A stretch of 64,000 nt of DNA from Gemmatimonadales bacterium (GTDB lineage Bacteria > Gemmatimonadota > Gemmatimonadetes > Gemmatimonadales > GWC2-71-9). Positions 1 through 11,528 of the stretch are shown one piece after another (positions within the stretch are counted from its first letter, which is position 1; the number at the start of each line of letters is the position of its first letter). The position numbers and the translations under genes were made by a program. The stretch is taken from positions 3,710 to 67,709 of the forward strand of contig DASZCN010000060.1 of NCBI GenBank assembly GCA_035943095.1, written 5' to 3'. The notes under the pieces are model-generated. The model saw only the letters and a program-made list of their open reading frames with translations. It made no database searches and was not told the origin of the DNA.

Positions 1-321
1 GCGGAGTGGAAGGCGTGGACCGGCTTGCCGTTCGTGTTTGCGGTCTGGGCCGCGGGACGCGCGGCCGCATCTGCTTCTACTACTTTAGCCCGCGAGGCGC
101 TGCTGGCATCGCGTGCCTGGGGTCTCGGTCACATCGACCAGCTGGCCGCCGACGCCGCACACGCCACGGGCGTGCCTCTCGACGCGTGCCGAGAGTACCT
201 CGGGGGCCTCGATTACGCGCTCACGTACAAGCATCTCGCCGGGTTGACTGATTTCTTCCGCCGCCTCGCGGCGAACGGAATCGTGCCCGACGGGTCACTT
301 CAGTTCCTGCAGGTGGCCTGA
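1..321 (+). CDS. mqnA: Chorismate dehydratase MqnA (futalosine pathway), C-terminal part, truncated by window edge
   Basis: Frame 1 open from base 1: AEWKAWTGLPFVFAVW, typical MqnA C-terminal motif; directly upstream of mqnC. Confidence 0.85.
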   Translation, partial: AEWKAWTGLPFVFAVWAAGRAAASASTTLAREALLASRAWGLGHIDQLAADAAHATGVPLDACREYLGGLDYALTYKHLAGLTDFFRRLAANGIVPDGSLQFLQVA

Positions 322-323
322 CG

Positions 324-1367
324 ATGGTCGATCGATCGAGCCCCGAGTTCCAATCCTTCGTGGAGCTGTACGAGCGCGCGTCGCTGCTCGAGCTGGGGGG
401 CCTGGCCGATGACGCGCGCTGGCGCCTCCACCCCGAGAACGTCGTCACCTACATCATCGACCGCAACATCAATTACACCAACGTCTGCGTCGCGGACTGC
501 AAGTTCTGCGCGTTCTACCGTCGGCCGAAACACGCCGAGGGCTACGTGCTCTCGTTCGAGCAGATCGGCCGCAAGATCGACGAGCTCAAGGCGCTCGGGG
601 GTGTCCAGATCCTCATGCAGGGCGGGCACAATCCGTACATCCCGTTCCAGTGGTACCTGGACCTGATGCGCTACATCAAACGGCACCACCCGATCCACAT
701 TCACGGGTTCTCACCCTCGGAGGTCGATTTCTTCGCGGGACGCTTCGGCATGTCGATCGAGGAGGTGATCCGCGAGCTGGTGGCTGCTGGGCTCGATTCG
801 ATCCCGGGCGGGGGCGGCGAAATCCTGGTCCAGGAGATCCGCGATCGCGTCGCCAGGAAGAAAGCCGGCGCCGACCGGTGGCTCGAGGTGATGGAGACCG
901 CGCACCGGCTGGGGCTCAAGACCTCGGTGACCATGATGTACGGTCTGGGTGAGACGCTGGCCGACCGGATCGAGCACCTGTTTCGCGTCCGGGAGGTCCA
1001 GGCGCGCACGGGCGGCTTTACCGCATTCATCTGCTGGCCGCTGCAGCCGGAGCACACCGAGCTCGAGCACCTCGAGAAGACCGACGCCGTGACCTACCTC
1101 CGGACCCAGGCCATCGCCCGCGTCGTGCTCGACAACGTGCCCAACATCCAGGCATCGTGGGTCACCATGGGACCCAAGGTCGGCCAGGTGGCGCTCCGCT
1201 TCGGCGCCAACGACTTCGGCTCGCTCATGATGGAGGAGAACGTCGTATCGGCCGCGGGCACCACGTGGCGAATGACCCTGCCCGAGATGCAGCGGCTCAT
1301 TGCCGACGCCGGCTACACGGCGCGGAAGCGCCGCCAGGACTACAGCGTGATCGACGAGGCGGCCTGA
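324..1367 (+). CDS. mqnC: Cyclic dehypoxanthine futalosine synthase (radical SAM)
   Basis: NINYTNVCVADCKFCAF (CxxxCxxC), QGGHNP, PGGGGEIL, FGANDFGSLMMEENVV; next to mqnA. Confidence 0.9.
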   Translation: MVDRSSPEFQSFVELYERASLLELGGLADDARWRLHPENVVTYIIDRNINYTNVCVADCKFCAFYRRPKHAEGYVLSFEQIGRKIDELKALGGVQILMQGGHNPYIPFQWYLDLMRYIKRHHPIHIHGFSPSEVDFFAGRFGMSIEEVIRELVAAGLDSIPGGGGEILVQEIRDRVARKKAGADRWLEVMETAHRLGLKTSVTMMYGLGETLADRIEHLFRVREVQARTGGFTAFICWPLQPEHTELEHLEKTDAVTYLRTQAIARVVLDNVPNIQASWVTMGPKVGQVALRFGANDFGSLMMEENVVSAAGTTWRMTLPEMQRLIADAGYTARKRRQDYSVIDEAA

Positions 1368-1368
1368 G

Positions 1369-1764
1369 ATGGCCGACGTGCTCGTCCTGGTCGGCTCCGA
1401 GAGCGACAAGCCGCGCATCGAGCCTGCCTTCGAGATCCTCAACAAGGCGGGCGTTTCGTATGAGTTCCACGTTTCGTCGGCCCACCGCCAGCCCGAGCAG
1501 ACGACAAAGCTGGTGTCCGGTGCCCGGGGGCAGGGGTTCAAGGTGATCATCGCCGGAGCGGGGCTATCGGCCGCGCTCCCCGGATTTGCCGCGTCGCTCA
1601 CTGATCTGCCGGTGATCGGGGTGCCGTTCGCGGTCGGGCCCCTGAACGGCCTCGACGCGCTGCTCGCCACGGCGCAGGTCCCGGGCGGCGTGCCGGTGGC
1701 CTGCGTCGGCATCGACAACGCCAAGAACGCCGCCCACCTCGCGGTCCGAATCCTCAAGGTCTGA
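1369..1764 (+). CDS. purE: AIR carboxylase / N5-CAIR mutase (short 131-aa form)
   Basis: GSESD, SAHRQP, AGLSAALPG, PVIGVP, GVPVA motifs. Confidence 0.88.
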   Translation: MADVLVLVGSESDKPRIEPAFEILNKAGVSYEFHVSSAHRQPEQTTKLVSGARGQGFKVIIAGAGLSAALPGFAASLTDLPVIGVPFAVGPLNGLDALLATAQVPGGVPVACVGIDNAKNAAHLAVRILKV

Positions 1765-1765
1765 G

Positions 1766-2242
1766 ATGCGGGTCGGAATCGGATACGACTCGCACCGATT
1801 CGCCGACCGCCGGAAGCTGATCCTCGGCGGCGTGACGGTCCCGCATCTCCAGGGATTGACCGGGCACTCCGATGCCGACGTCGTGGCCCACGCCCTCACC
1901 GATGCTATACTCGGCGCCGCCGGCTTGGGCGATATCGGCACGATGTTTCCCCCGACCGACCCCCAGTGGCGTGATGCGAACTCGATCGAGCTGCTCAAGC
2001 AAGCCTACCAGCGCGTCGCGGAATCCGGGCTCACCTTCGTGAGCGCAGACATCACCGTGATTCTCGAACGACCCAGGCTCGGGCCCTACATCGACGCCAT
2101 GCGCGAGAAGCTTGCCGCCGCCCTCGCGGCCGGCGTGTCCGCCGTGTCCGTGAAAGCGAAGACGAACGAGGGGATGGGGTGGATCGGCCGGGGCGAGGGC
2201 GTCGCGGTAATCGCCGTGGCGTTGCTCGACGGGCGTCCCTGA
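1766..2242 (+). CDS. ispF: 2-C-methyl-D-erythritol 2,4-cyclodiphosphate synthase
   Basis: MRVGIGYDSH, GHSDAD, GDIG, VKAKTNEGMG motifs. Confidence 0.95.
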   Translation: MRVGIGYDSHRFADRRKLILGGVTVPHLQGLTGHSDADVVAHALTDAILGAAGLGDIGTMFPPTDPQWRDANSIELLKQAYQRVAESGLTFVSADITVILERPRLGPYIDAMREKLAAALAAGVSAVSVKAKTNEGMGWIGRGEGVAVIAVALLDGRP

Positions 2243-2841
2243 GGGACTTCCTGGCGTACCTCGAGGGCCTGCCTCCCGGGCCGCTGTACGGGCTCATCAT
2301 CGTCCTTGCGGCGGTCGAGAATGTCGTACCGCCTGTCCCCGCCGACACCGCCGTGGCGCTCGGTGCGCTGCTCGCCGGGCGTGGGGTCCTGGACGCCTGG
2401 ACCGTGTTCGCCGTCACCTGGGGCGCGAATTTCACTTCCGCGTCGGCCGTGTACTGGCTGGCCCGTCGGTACGGAGCGCCGTTCTTTCGGGGACGCACGG
2501 GCCGGAGGCTGCTTCCCGAGTCAGTCCTGGCACATCTCGAGGCGGAGTACCGGCGGCACGGGGCGTACGGCATCTTTCTCTCGCGCCTGCTCCCTGTCTG
2601 GCGCGCGGTGGTGCCGCCGTTCGCGGGGGTCGCCGGCCTCTCCGCCCCCCAGGCACTCATCCCGCTCGCCTTGGCATCGGCGCTCTGGTACGGCGCGCTG
2701 ACGTTCTTCGTGGCGACGCTGGGCACCAACCTCGATGCCGTCGTCAAAGCGCTAGGTCGGGTGAACGGGGTCCTTGGCGCCGTCGCCGTCCTGGCGCTCA
2801 TATTTGGCGTGTTGTTCGTACGGCGTCGCCTCAAGCGCTAA
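2239..2841 (+). CDS. DedA family membrane protein (start uncertain; CTG at 2239 overlaps the ispF stop)
   Basis: ENVVPPVPAD, FLSRLLPVWRAVVPPFAG DedA motifs; hydrophobic. Confidence 0.8.
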   Translation: MRDFLAYLEGLPPGPLYGLIIVLAAVENVVPPVPADTAVALGALLAGRGVLDAWTVFAVTWGANFTSASAVYWLARRYGAPFFRGRTGRRLLPESVLAHLEAEYRRHGAYGIFLSRLLPVWRAVVPPFAGVAGLSAPQALIPLALASALWYGALTFFVATLGTNLDAVVKALGRVNGVLGAVAVLALIFGVLFVRRRLKR

Positions 2842-2850
2842 CGCGGGCGG

Positions 2851-3333
2851 ATGATGAGCCAAGCTGGCACCGACACCTCGGGCGTGCGAGTCTTCCCGCC
2901 GTTCATCTACGCGGGCCTGTTCGCGGTCGGGTACGCGGTGCACCGGTTCGTGCCCTTGCACCTGTGGCCGGGCAGCCCGCCGCCCGCCGCACGTGCTGCC
3001 GCCTGGATTCTGTTCGTCGTATCGCTGGGCCTGTCGGGGAGCGCGGTGTTTCTGTTCCGTCGGGCGGGTACGACGCCGAACCCCATGCAGCCCACCACCG
3101 CGATCGTCATGCACGGACCTTTCCGGTTCACCCGGAACCCCATGTACGTGAGCCTCGTCGCTTTGTACGTCAGCGTCACGCTCTTCGTGAATTCGGTGTG
3201 GCCGTTCGTGCTTCTTCCGGTGGTGGTCGTGCTGATCCAGCGGCAGGTGATCGTCCGTGAGGAAGCGTATCTCGAGGCGAAGTTCGGCGAGGAGTACCGG
3301 GCGTACAAGGCCCGGGTGCGACGATGGATCTGA
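2851..3333 (+). CDS. Isoprenylcysteine carboxyl methyltransferase / PEMT-like membrane methyltransferase
   Basis: GPFRFTRNPMY and EEAYLEAKFGEEYRAYKARVRRWI signature. Confidence 0.85.
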   Translation: MMSQAGTDTSGVRVFPPFIYAGLFAVGYAVHRFVPLHLWPGSPPPAARAAAWILFVVSLGLSGSAVFLFRRAGTTPNPMQPTTAIVMHGPFRFTRNPMYVSLVALYVSVTLFVNSVWPFVLLPVVVVLIQRQVIVREEAYLEAKFGEEYRAYKARVRRWI

Positions 3334-4226
3334 CGGACGTGCCATTCCGCGTCGAGCAATTCGGGGACTATCTCGCCCTCGAGTCGGGCAGCAGCACGCA
3401 CACGGTGAGCAATTATCTCCGCGATGTCCGGCGGCTCGCGGACTACGCGGCCGCGCAGGGCGCGCGCAGCCCCGAGGATGTGACGAGCGCCCAGCTGCGG
3501 GAGTTCGTCTACGCGCTCAAGGACTTGGGGCTCGCCCCGGCGACCATCCGGCGCCAAATCTCCGCGGTTCGCACCTACTATCGCTTCCTGGTGGGCGAGG
3601 GGCATGCCGCTCGGGACCCGAGCGAGCGCCTGGAGTCGCCGCGCCAATGGCGCCGGCTGCCGACCGTGCTGTCCGTCCCGGAGATCGAGCGCCTGCTCGC
3701 CGCCCCGAACACCGACGAGCCGCTCGCCATCCGCGACCGCGCCCTGCTGGAGTTCGCCTACGCCACGGGCGCACGCGTGAGCGAGCTTGTGGGGCTCGGA
3801 GTACAAGACGTGTTCTACGAAGAAGGCCTCACTCGGATTTTCGGAAAGGGATCGAAGGAGCGCGTGGTCCCCGTCGGCCGCCGGGCGCTCGGCGCCGTCG
3901 CCCTGTACACGCGCGAGATCCGGCCGCGGTTCGACCACGGACGGGGACGCGGCAAAGTCTTCCTCAATGCACGTGGTACGCCGCTCTCACGGGTGGGTGC
4001 GTGGGGCATTATCCGCCGCTCGGCGCGGCTCGCCGGCATCGCCAAGCGCGTCACCCCGCACACCCTGCGCCACACATTCGCGACCCACCTGCTCGAGGGG
4101 GGCGCCGACCTCCGCGCCGTGCAGGAAATGCTCGGCCACGCCGATCTCGCCACGACGCAGCTCTACACGCATGTCGACCGAGAATATCTCCGAACCGTGC
4201 ACAAGACCTTCCATCCCCGCGGCTGA
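3324..4226 (+). CDS. xerD: Site-specific tyrosine recombinase XerD
   Basis: Catalytic set R (ATGARVSE), K (GKGSKER), HxxR (HTLRH), H (LGH), Y (TQLYTH); 300 aa; housekeeping context. Confidence 0.88.
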   Translation: MDLTDVPFRVEQFGDYLALESGSSTHTVSNYLRDVRRLADYAAAQGARSPEDVTSAQLREFVYALKDLGLAPATIRRQISAVRTYYRFLVGEGHAARDPSERLESPRQWRRLPTVLSVPEIERLLAAPNTDEPLAIRDRALLEFAYATGARVSELVGLGVQDVFYEEGLTRIFGKGSKERVVPVGRRALGAVALYTREIRPRFDHGRGRGKVFLNARGTPLSRVGAWGIIRRSARLAGIAKRVTPHTLRHTFATHLLEGGADLRAVQEMLGHADLATTQLYTHVDREYLRTVHKTFHPRG

Positions 4227-4227
4227 C

Positions 4228-4500
4228 ATGTCCCGAGCGTTCGTCAAGGAGGACGCGGGCGGCGGGGCGCCCAAACGGAATTACGGATTGCCCGACCGCG
4301 AGGATCCGGGTTTCGACGCTGCCGCCGCGGCCGCGCTGCTCGAGGCGGCGCGCGTCGGCGAAACGGCCAGTGCGGAGCAGGCGACTGGTTATTACTGGGG
4401 AGAACCGAAGCTGCGCCCCCACGTACAGCGCATTCTCGCGCGCGCCCGCTCGGAACACGACGAACGCTTGGAGCAGCTGGCCGAGCGATTCTTGAGTTAG
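4228..4500 (+). CDS. Hypothetical 90-aa protein beginning MSRAFVKED
   Basis: ATG 1 nt after the xerD stop; GC3-rich codons; N-terminus resembles atypical GreA/GreB-family starts. Confidence 0.7.
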   Translation: MSRAFVKEDAGGGAPKRNYGLPDREDPGFDAAAAAALLEAARVGETASAEQATGYYWGEPKLRPHVQRILARARSEHDERLEQLAERFLS

Positions 4501-4513
4501 GGCGAACGGGCGC

Positions 4514-5413
4514 ATGCCCGAGCTGCCGGACATCCTCCTATACCAGCGCGCCCTCGCCTCCCGGATCGTTGGGCAACCGCTCGAGCGTCTGCGCATCGCG
4601 AGCCCCTTCCTGCTTCGGACCGCCGACCCACCGGTCCCGGCCCTCACCGGTCGGAGGGTCCGGGAGATCCGGCGTCTCGGTAAACGCATCGTCTTCGCGT
4701 TCGATGACGACTACTTCGCGGTGCTCCACCTCATGATCGCCGGCCGCCTCCACTGGAAGTCCTCAGGCGCACGCATTCACGGTCGATCCGGGCTCGCCGC
4801 GTGGGACTTCCCCAATGGGAGCCTGCTGCTGACGGAGGCCGGGACCAAACACCGCGCCTCCCTTCACGTCCTGCGCGGCGCCGCGGCGCTCGCCGTTCAC
4901 GATCCGGGTGGTCTGGACGTGTTCCGCGCGACGCCGGAGCAGTTCCGCTCCGCCTTGACCCGTGAGTCCCACACGCTGAAGCGCACGCTCACGGATCCGA
5001 AGGTGCTCGACGGCATCGGAAACGCGTACTCGGATGAAATCCTGCACGCCGCGCACTTGTCCCCGCTTCGACTCACGTCGCAGCTCACGCAGGAAGAGAC
5101 CGATCGGTTGTTTCGGGCCACGAAGCAAACGCTCACGCACTGGATCGAGCGCCTCGAGACCGATAATGGGAACGGCTTCCCCGAGAAGGTGACGGCGTTC
5201 CGGGAGGGAATGGCCGTGCACGGTCGGTATCGTCAACCGTGCCCGGTCTGCGGATCGCCGATCCAGCGGATCCGCTACGCCGAGAACGAGGTCAACTATT
5301 GCGTCACGTGCCAGACGGGTGGCCGCGTGCTGGCGGACCGTTCCCTGTCCCGCTTATTGAAGGAAGACTGGCCCCGATCGCTCGACGAGTGGGAAGAGCG
5401 CGTCGGGCGCTAG
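4514..5413 (+). CDS. Fpg/Nei family DNA glycosylase/AP lyase
   Basis: N-terminal PELP, RLGK, H2TH GIGNAYSDE, C-terminal Zn finger CPVC..CVTC. Confidence 0.9.
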   Translation: MPELPDILLYQRALASRIVGQPLERLRIASPFLLRTADPPVPALTGRRVREIRRLGKRIVFAFDDDYFAVLHLMIAGRLHWKSSGARIHGRSGLAAWDFPNGSLLLTEAGTKHRASLHVLRGAAALAVHDPGGLDVFRATPEQFRSALTRESHTLKRTLTDPKVLDGIGNAYSDEILHAAHLSPLRLTSQLTQEETDRLFRATKQTLTHWIERLETDNGNGFPEKVTAFREGMAVHGRYRQPCPVCGSPIQRIRYAENEVNYCVTCQTGGRVLADRSLSRLLKEDWPRSLDEWEERVGR

Positions 5414-5416
5414 CTA

Positions 5417-5422
5417 TATCTT
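5417..5422 (+). promoter_or_regulatory. Putative -10 box (TATCTT) of a leaderless transcript
   Basis: TANNNT 6 nt before ATG 5429; no Shine-Dalgarno. Confidence 0.4.
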
Positions 5423-5428
5423 TGCTGC

Positions 5429-5836
5429 ATGGCGAGCCAACCGGTCCGGTTCGAACGGATATTTCACGTGGCAGCAGCAGACATCGATGAGCTGGGCCAC
5501 GTGAACAATGTCGTGTACCTCCGCTGGGTCCAGGACGTCGCCGCGGCGCATTGGGAGTCCGCCACGACGCCGGCGGAACGAGCCGGGGTCGGGTGGGTGG
5601 TGTTGCGACACGAAATCGACTACAAGCACCCCGCTAGGCCCGGCGATGACGTCATCGCCCGCACCTGGGTGGGACCTCCGGCCGCCGCGACGTTCGAGCG
5701 GCATACCGAGATCTCGCGCGCGGCCGACCGGCGGGTGCTCGCCCAGGCCCGATCGCTCTGGTGTCCCGTGAACCCCAAGACGGGCCGGGTGCAGCGCATC
5801 GACCCCGCGCTGCACGACCGGTTCTACATCTCGTGA
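5429..5836 (+). CDS. Acyl-CoA thioesterase (YbgC/FadM hot-dog fold)
   Basis: DIDELGHVNNVVYLRW motif. Confidence 0.88.
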   Translation: MASQPVRFERIFHVAAADIDELGHVNNVVYLRWVQDVAAAHWESATTPAERAGVGWVVLRHEIDYKHPARPGDDVIARTWVGPPAAATFERHTEISRAADRRVLAQARSLWCPVNPKTGRVQRIDPALHDRFYIS

Positions 5837-6060
5837 GGCCTCGTCTCGTCGTAGCGGCGTGCGTGTTTCTGGTCCCGGTCGCGGCGCTCATCTTCGTGCT
5901 GCACCCGGTCTGTGTCCCGCTCACCGCCGAGGACCTGAAGACGTTCAACGTCCCGATCGAGCAGCGCACCGACCGCGATTTCTATCTGAAAGTCTTCCAG
6001 AAACGGGACGGCCAGTGGTATCAGTGCAAGACGTGGATCTCGCGATTCGTTTTCTTCTGA
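5833..6060 (+). CDS. Small hypothetical membrane protein (~75 aa)
   Basis: GTG overlaps the upstream TGA; one hydrophobic segment then a polar domain with two Cys. Confidence 0.6.
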   Translation: MRPRLVVAACVFLVPVAALIFVLHPVCVPLTAEDLKTFNVPIEQRTDRDFYLKVFQKRDGQWYQCKTWISRFVFF

Positions 6061-6061
6061 C

Positions 6062-6067
6062 TAGGTT
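6062..6067 (+). promoter_or_regulatory. Putative -10 box (TAGGTT) of a leaderless transcript
   Basis: TANNNT 6 nt before ATG 6074; no SD. Confidence 0.35.
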
Positions 6068-6073
6068 TCCCGC

Positions 6074-6664
6074 ATGCTGTTCGTCCTGGATAATTACGAC
6101 TCGTTCACGTACAACCTCGTCCAGCTGTTCGGCGAGCTCGGTGCCGAACCGGTCGTGTATCGCAATGATGCGCTCACCGTCGACCAGGTGATCGCCCTGA
6201 AGCCGACGGCCGCGGTGCTGTCGCCGGGTCCGGGGACCCCCGGCCAGGCCGGGATCCTGGTCCCCCTCGTGAAGGCCCTCGCAGGGAAGGTGCCCATTCT
6301 GGGCGTCTGCCTGGGCCATCAGGCGATCGGTGAGGCGTTCGGCGGACGGGTGGTGCGGGCGGAGCGGTTGATGCACGGCAAGACGTGCGAGGTGGTCCAC
6401 GAGGACGACGAGCTGTTCGAGGGTGTTCCGAGCCCGGTCACCGGGATGCGCTACCACTCCCTCGTTGTCGAGCCGAAATCCTTGCCCAAGGATCTCGTGA
6501 TCACCGCCTGGAGCGCAGACCGGCCGAAGGACGCGGAGATCATGGCGATGAAGCACCGTCGGCACGCGCTGTACGGCGTCCAGTTCCACCCCGAGTCCAT
6601 AGGGACCGAGCACGGCAAGCGCCTGCTCGAGAACTTTCTGAGGGTGGCGCACGCGACGGTGTAG
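6074..6664 (+). CDS. trpG: Anthranilate/aminodeoxychorismate synthase component II (glutamine amidotransferase)
   Basis: DNYDSFTYNL, SPGPG, GVCLGHQ, RYHSL, QFHPES; trpG vs pabA cannot be decided. Confidence 0.85.
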   Translation: MLFVLDNYDSFTYNLVQLFGELGAEPVVYRNDALTVDQVIALKPTAAVLSPGPGTPGQAGILVPLVKALAGKVPILGVCLGHQAIGEAFGGRVVRAERLMHGKTCEVVHEDDELFEGVPSPVTGMRYHSLVVEPKSLPKDLVITAWSADRPKDAEIMAMKHRRHALYGVQFHPESIGTEHGKRLLENFLRVAHATV

Positions 6665-6739
6665 CGGACTTAACGCTCGTCACCACCGCCGCTTAGTATC
6701 AGGACTAGACGCCACGGCACGGATTTTGTATGTTCCCCC

Positions 6740-9159
<2,420 letters not shown>

Positions 9160-9160
9160 C

Positions 9161-9973
9161 ATGGCGCCGCATTTCGGGGCTTCCCCGTTCCTCATCGCGG
9201 GGCCGTGCGTCGTCGAATCCGACGACCTGAACCTCCGCGTCGGCGAGGCGCTGGCCGACCTCGGGGCGAAGCTCGGAGTGCACGTCATCTACAAGGCGTC
9301 CTACGACAAGGCGAACCGGTCGCGGCTCGGGGCAGGGCGCGGCCCTGGTCTCGAGCGCGGGCTCGAGGCGCTCGAGCGCGTTCACGCGGCCACGGGCCTC
9401 CCGATCCTCACGGACGTGCACGAAGCCAACCAGGTGTCCGCCGCCGCCCAGATCGCGGAAATCCTACAGATCCCGGCCTTCCTGTGCCGGCAGACCGATC
9501 TCCTCGTGGCTGTCGGGCGCGCCGGGCGCGCCGTGAACGTGAAGAAGGGGCAGTGGATGTCGCCCGAAGGGATGTCCGGGGCCGTGCAAAAAGTCCGCGC
9601 TGGGGGAGCGCCCGAGGTCGCCGTCACCGAGCGAGGCACGTTCTTCGGGTACGGCGACCTGGTCGTCGACATGCGGAACTTCGCCCGGCTGCGCGCCGCC
9701 TGCGGCGTGCCGGTGGTGTTCGACGCCACACACTCGGTGCAGCAACCGGGGCAGGGACCGGAGGGAGCGAGCGGCGGCCTGCGGGAGTTCGTTCCGCCCC
9801 TGCTGTATGCCGCCGCCGCTGCCGGTGCAGACGGGTTCTTCCTCGAGACCCACCCCGATCCGGATCGGGCTCCGTCCGACGGACCGAACATGGTGCCGCT
9901 CGAGGACCTGGCGGGGATCGTGACTGTGGCGTTGGACATTTGGCAGCGAGCCCGGGAGGCGGTCCGTGCGTAG
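9161..9973 (+). CDS. kdsA: KDO 8-phosphate synthase
   Basis: IAGPCVVE, KASYDKANRS, QIPAFLCRQTDL, NVKKGQ, FDATHSVQ. Confidence 0.96.
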   Translation: MAPHFGASPFLIAGPCVVESDDLNLRVGEALADLGAKLGVHVIYKASYDKANRSRLGAGRGPGLERGLEALERVHAATGLPILTDVHEANQVSAAAQIAEILQIPAFLCRQTDLLVAVGRAGRAVNVKKGQWMSPEGMSGAVQKVRAGGAPEVAVTERGTFFGYGDLVVDMRNFARLRAACGVPVVFDATHSVQQPGQGPEGASGGLREFVPPLLYAAAAAGADGFFLETHPDPDRAPSDGPNMVPLEDLAGIVTVALDIWQRAREAVRA

Positions 9974-10012
9974 GCGTCACGGAGCCCGTGCCCCCCACCC
10001 GAGCGTAATGCC

Positions 10013-10585
10013 ATGATCGACGCCGCGCTCGCGCGCCGCCTGAAGCTCGTCGGCTTCGATGTCGACGGCGTCCTGACCGACAACGGGGTCTACATCGGCA
10101 TGGTCGGAGACCATCCTGTCGAGTTCAAGCGGTTTCATATCCAGGACGGGATCGGCGTTCGGATGCTCCGCTCTGCCGGCTTGACCGTGGTGTGGGTATC
10201 GGGACGAGAATCCGCCGCCACCGCCCTCCGGGCACGCGAGCTCGGCGTGGACGAGCTGATTCAAGACTCCGCCGCCCGGAAGCTCCCCGCCTTCGAGGAC
10301 CTGCTGGCCCGCCGCGCGCTCGGCTGGGCGGAGTGCGCGTTCGTGGGCGACGATCTCGCCGACCTGCCCCTACTGGCGCGCGTGGGCCTCCCCATAGCCG
10401 TCGCGAACGGCGTGGCAGAGGTGAAGGAGCGAGCGCGCTTCGTCACCGCTGTGCCGGGCGGGCAGGGAGCAGTGCGCGAGGTGGCGGAGCTGATCCTCAA
10501 GGCCCGCGGCGAGTGGGAGGACCTGGTCAACAAGTTCTTCGTGGAGCGCAGCGATGCCCCGCACGGAGCCCACCGAACTCGTTGA
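10013..10585 (+). CDS. kdsC: KDO 8-phosphate phosphatase (HAD)
   Basis: DVDGVLTD, GDDLAD, GGQGAVRE. Confidence 0.92.
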   Translation: MIDAALARRLKLVGFDVDGVLTDNGVYIGMVGDHPVEFKRFHIQDGIGVRMLRSAGLTVVWVSGRESAATALRARELGVDELIQDSAARKLPAFEDLLARRALGWAECAFVGDDLADLPLLARVGLPIAVANGVAEVKERARFVTAVPGGQGAVREVAELILKARGEWEDLVNKFFVERSDAPHGAHRTR

Positions 10586-11528
10586 CCGCGGGCGTCGCGT
10601 GCTGGCCCTCGAAGCCGCCGCGATCCACCGCGTCGCCGAGCGACTGAGCCCCGCGTTCGCCGCCGCGGTGCGGCTCCTGGCGTCCGCCAAGGGGCGCCTG
10701 ATCGTGTCCGGCGTGGGCAAGTCCGGCCTGATCGCGCGTAAGATCGCGGCAACGTTCACCTCCACCGGAACCCCCGCCTCGTTCCTCCACCCGGTGGACT
10801 CGCTGCACGGCGACCTGGGGCTCGTGGGCCGGGACGACGTGGCGCTCCTGCTCTCGAAGAGCGGGGCCTCGGATGAGCTGTTCGGCCTCGTGGGCCAGCT
10901 CAAGCGTCTGGGTGTCCAGATCATCGCGCTCACCGGAGATCCCGATTCCGTACTCGCGCGGCAATGCGACGTGGCGCTGGACGCGAGCGTGGTCGAGGAA
11001 GCCTGTGCCGAAACCCTCGCGCCCACGGCCAGCACGACCGCCGCCCTCGCCCTGGGCGACGCACTGGCCGTGACCGTCCTCGAGGTCAAGGGATTCCGCC
11101 GGGAGGACTTCGCGGCGCTCCATCCGGCGGGCACGCTCGGCCGGAACCTGCTGTTGCGTGTCGCCGACGTGATGCTCGACCGCGACGTCCCCACCCTCGG
11201 GCCCGAGCGCCCGATGCGTGAGTGCGTCGTGCTCCTGGCGGAGAAACGAGGCACGGTCGCGGTGGTCGACGGGGCGGGAAGCCTGGTGGGCGTCGTGACT
11301 GCGGGCGACTTGACGCGCCTCATGGAGCGGACGGACCGGTTTCTCGATATCCCGGTGGCCGACGTGATGACCCGGACGCCCAAGACCACGACGCCCGACG
11401 TGCTGGCGGGCGCCGCGGTCCAGGTGATGGAACGCCACGGAATCATGGCGCTCCCCGTGCTGGACGGTGGCCGGCGCGTGGTGGGGATGGTGCATCTGCA
11501 CGACCTGATGAAGGCCGGGGCGGCATGA
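10554..11528 (+). CDS. kdsD: Arabinose 5-phosphate isomerase (KpsF/GutQ; SIS + CBS)
   Basis: GVGKSGLIARKIAAT, HGDLG, APTASTT, HPAGTLG, C-terminal CBS pair. Confidence 0.94.
   Translation: MPRTEPTELVDRGRRVLALEAAAIHRVAERLSPAFAAAVRLLASAKGRLIVSGVGKSGLIARKIAATFTSTGTPASFLHPVDSLHGDLGLVGRDDVALLLSKSGASDELFGLVGQLKRLGVQIIALTGDPDSVLARQCDVALDASVVEEACAETLAPTASTTAALALGDALAVTVLEVKGFRREDFAALHPAGTLGRNLLLRVADVMLDRDVPTLGPERPMRECVVLLAEKRGTVAVVDGAGSLVGVVTAGDLTRLMERTDRFLDIPVADVMTRTPKTTTPDVLAGAAVQVMERHGIMALPVLDGGRRVVGMVHLHDLMKAGAA

Noticed and set aside
3324-4226. Tyrosine recombinase as a phage or island integrase
   Set aside because: Length, motifs and housekeeping context fit XerD; no att repeats or mobile genes nearby
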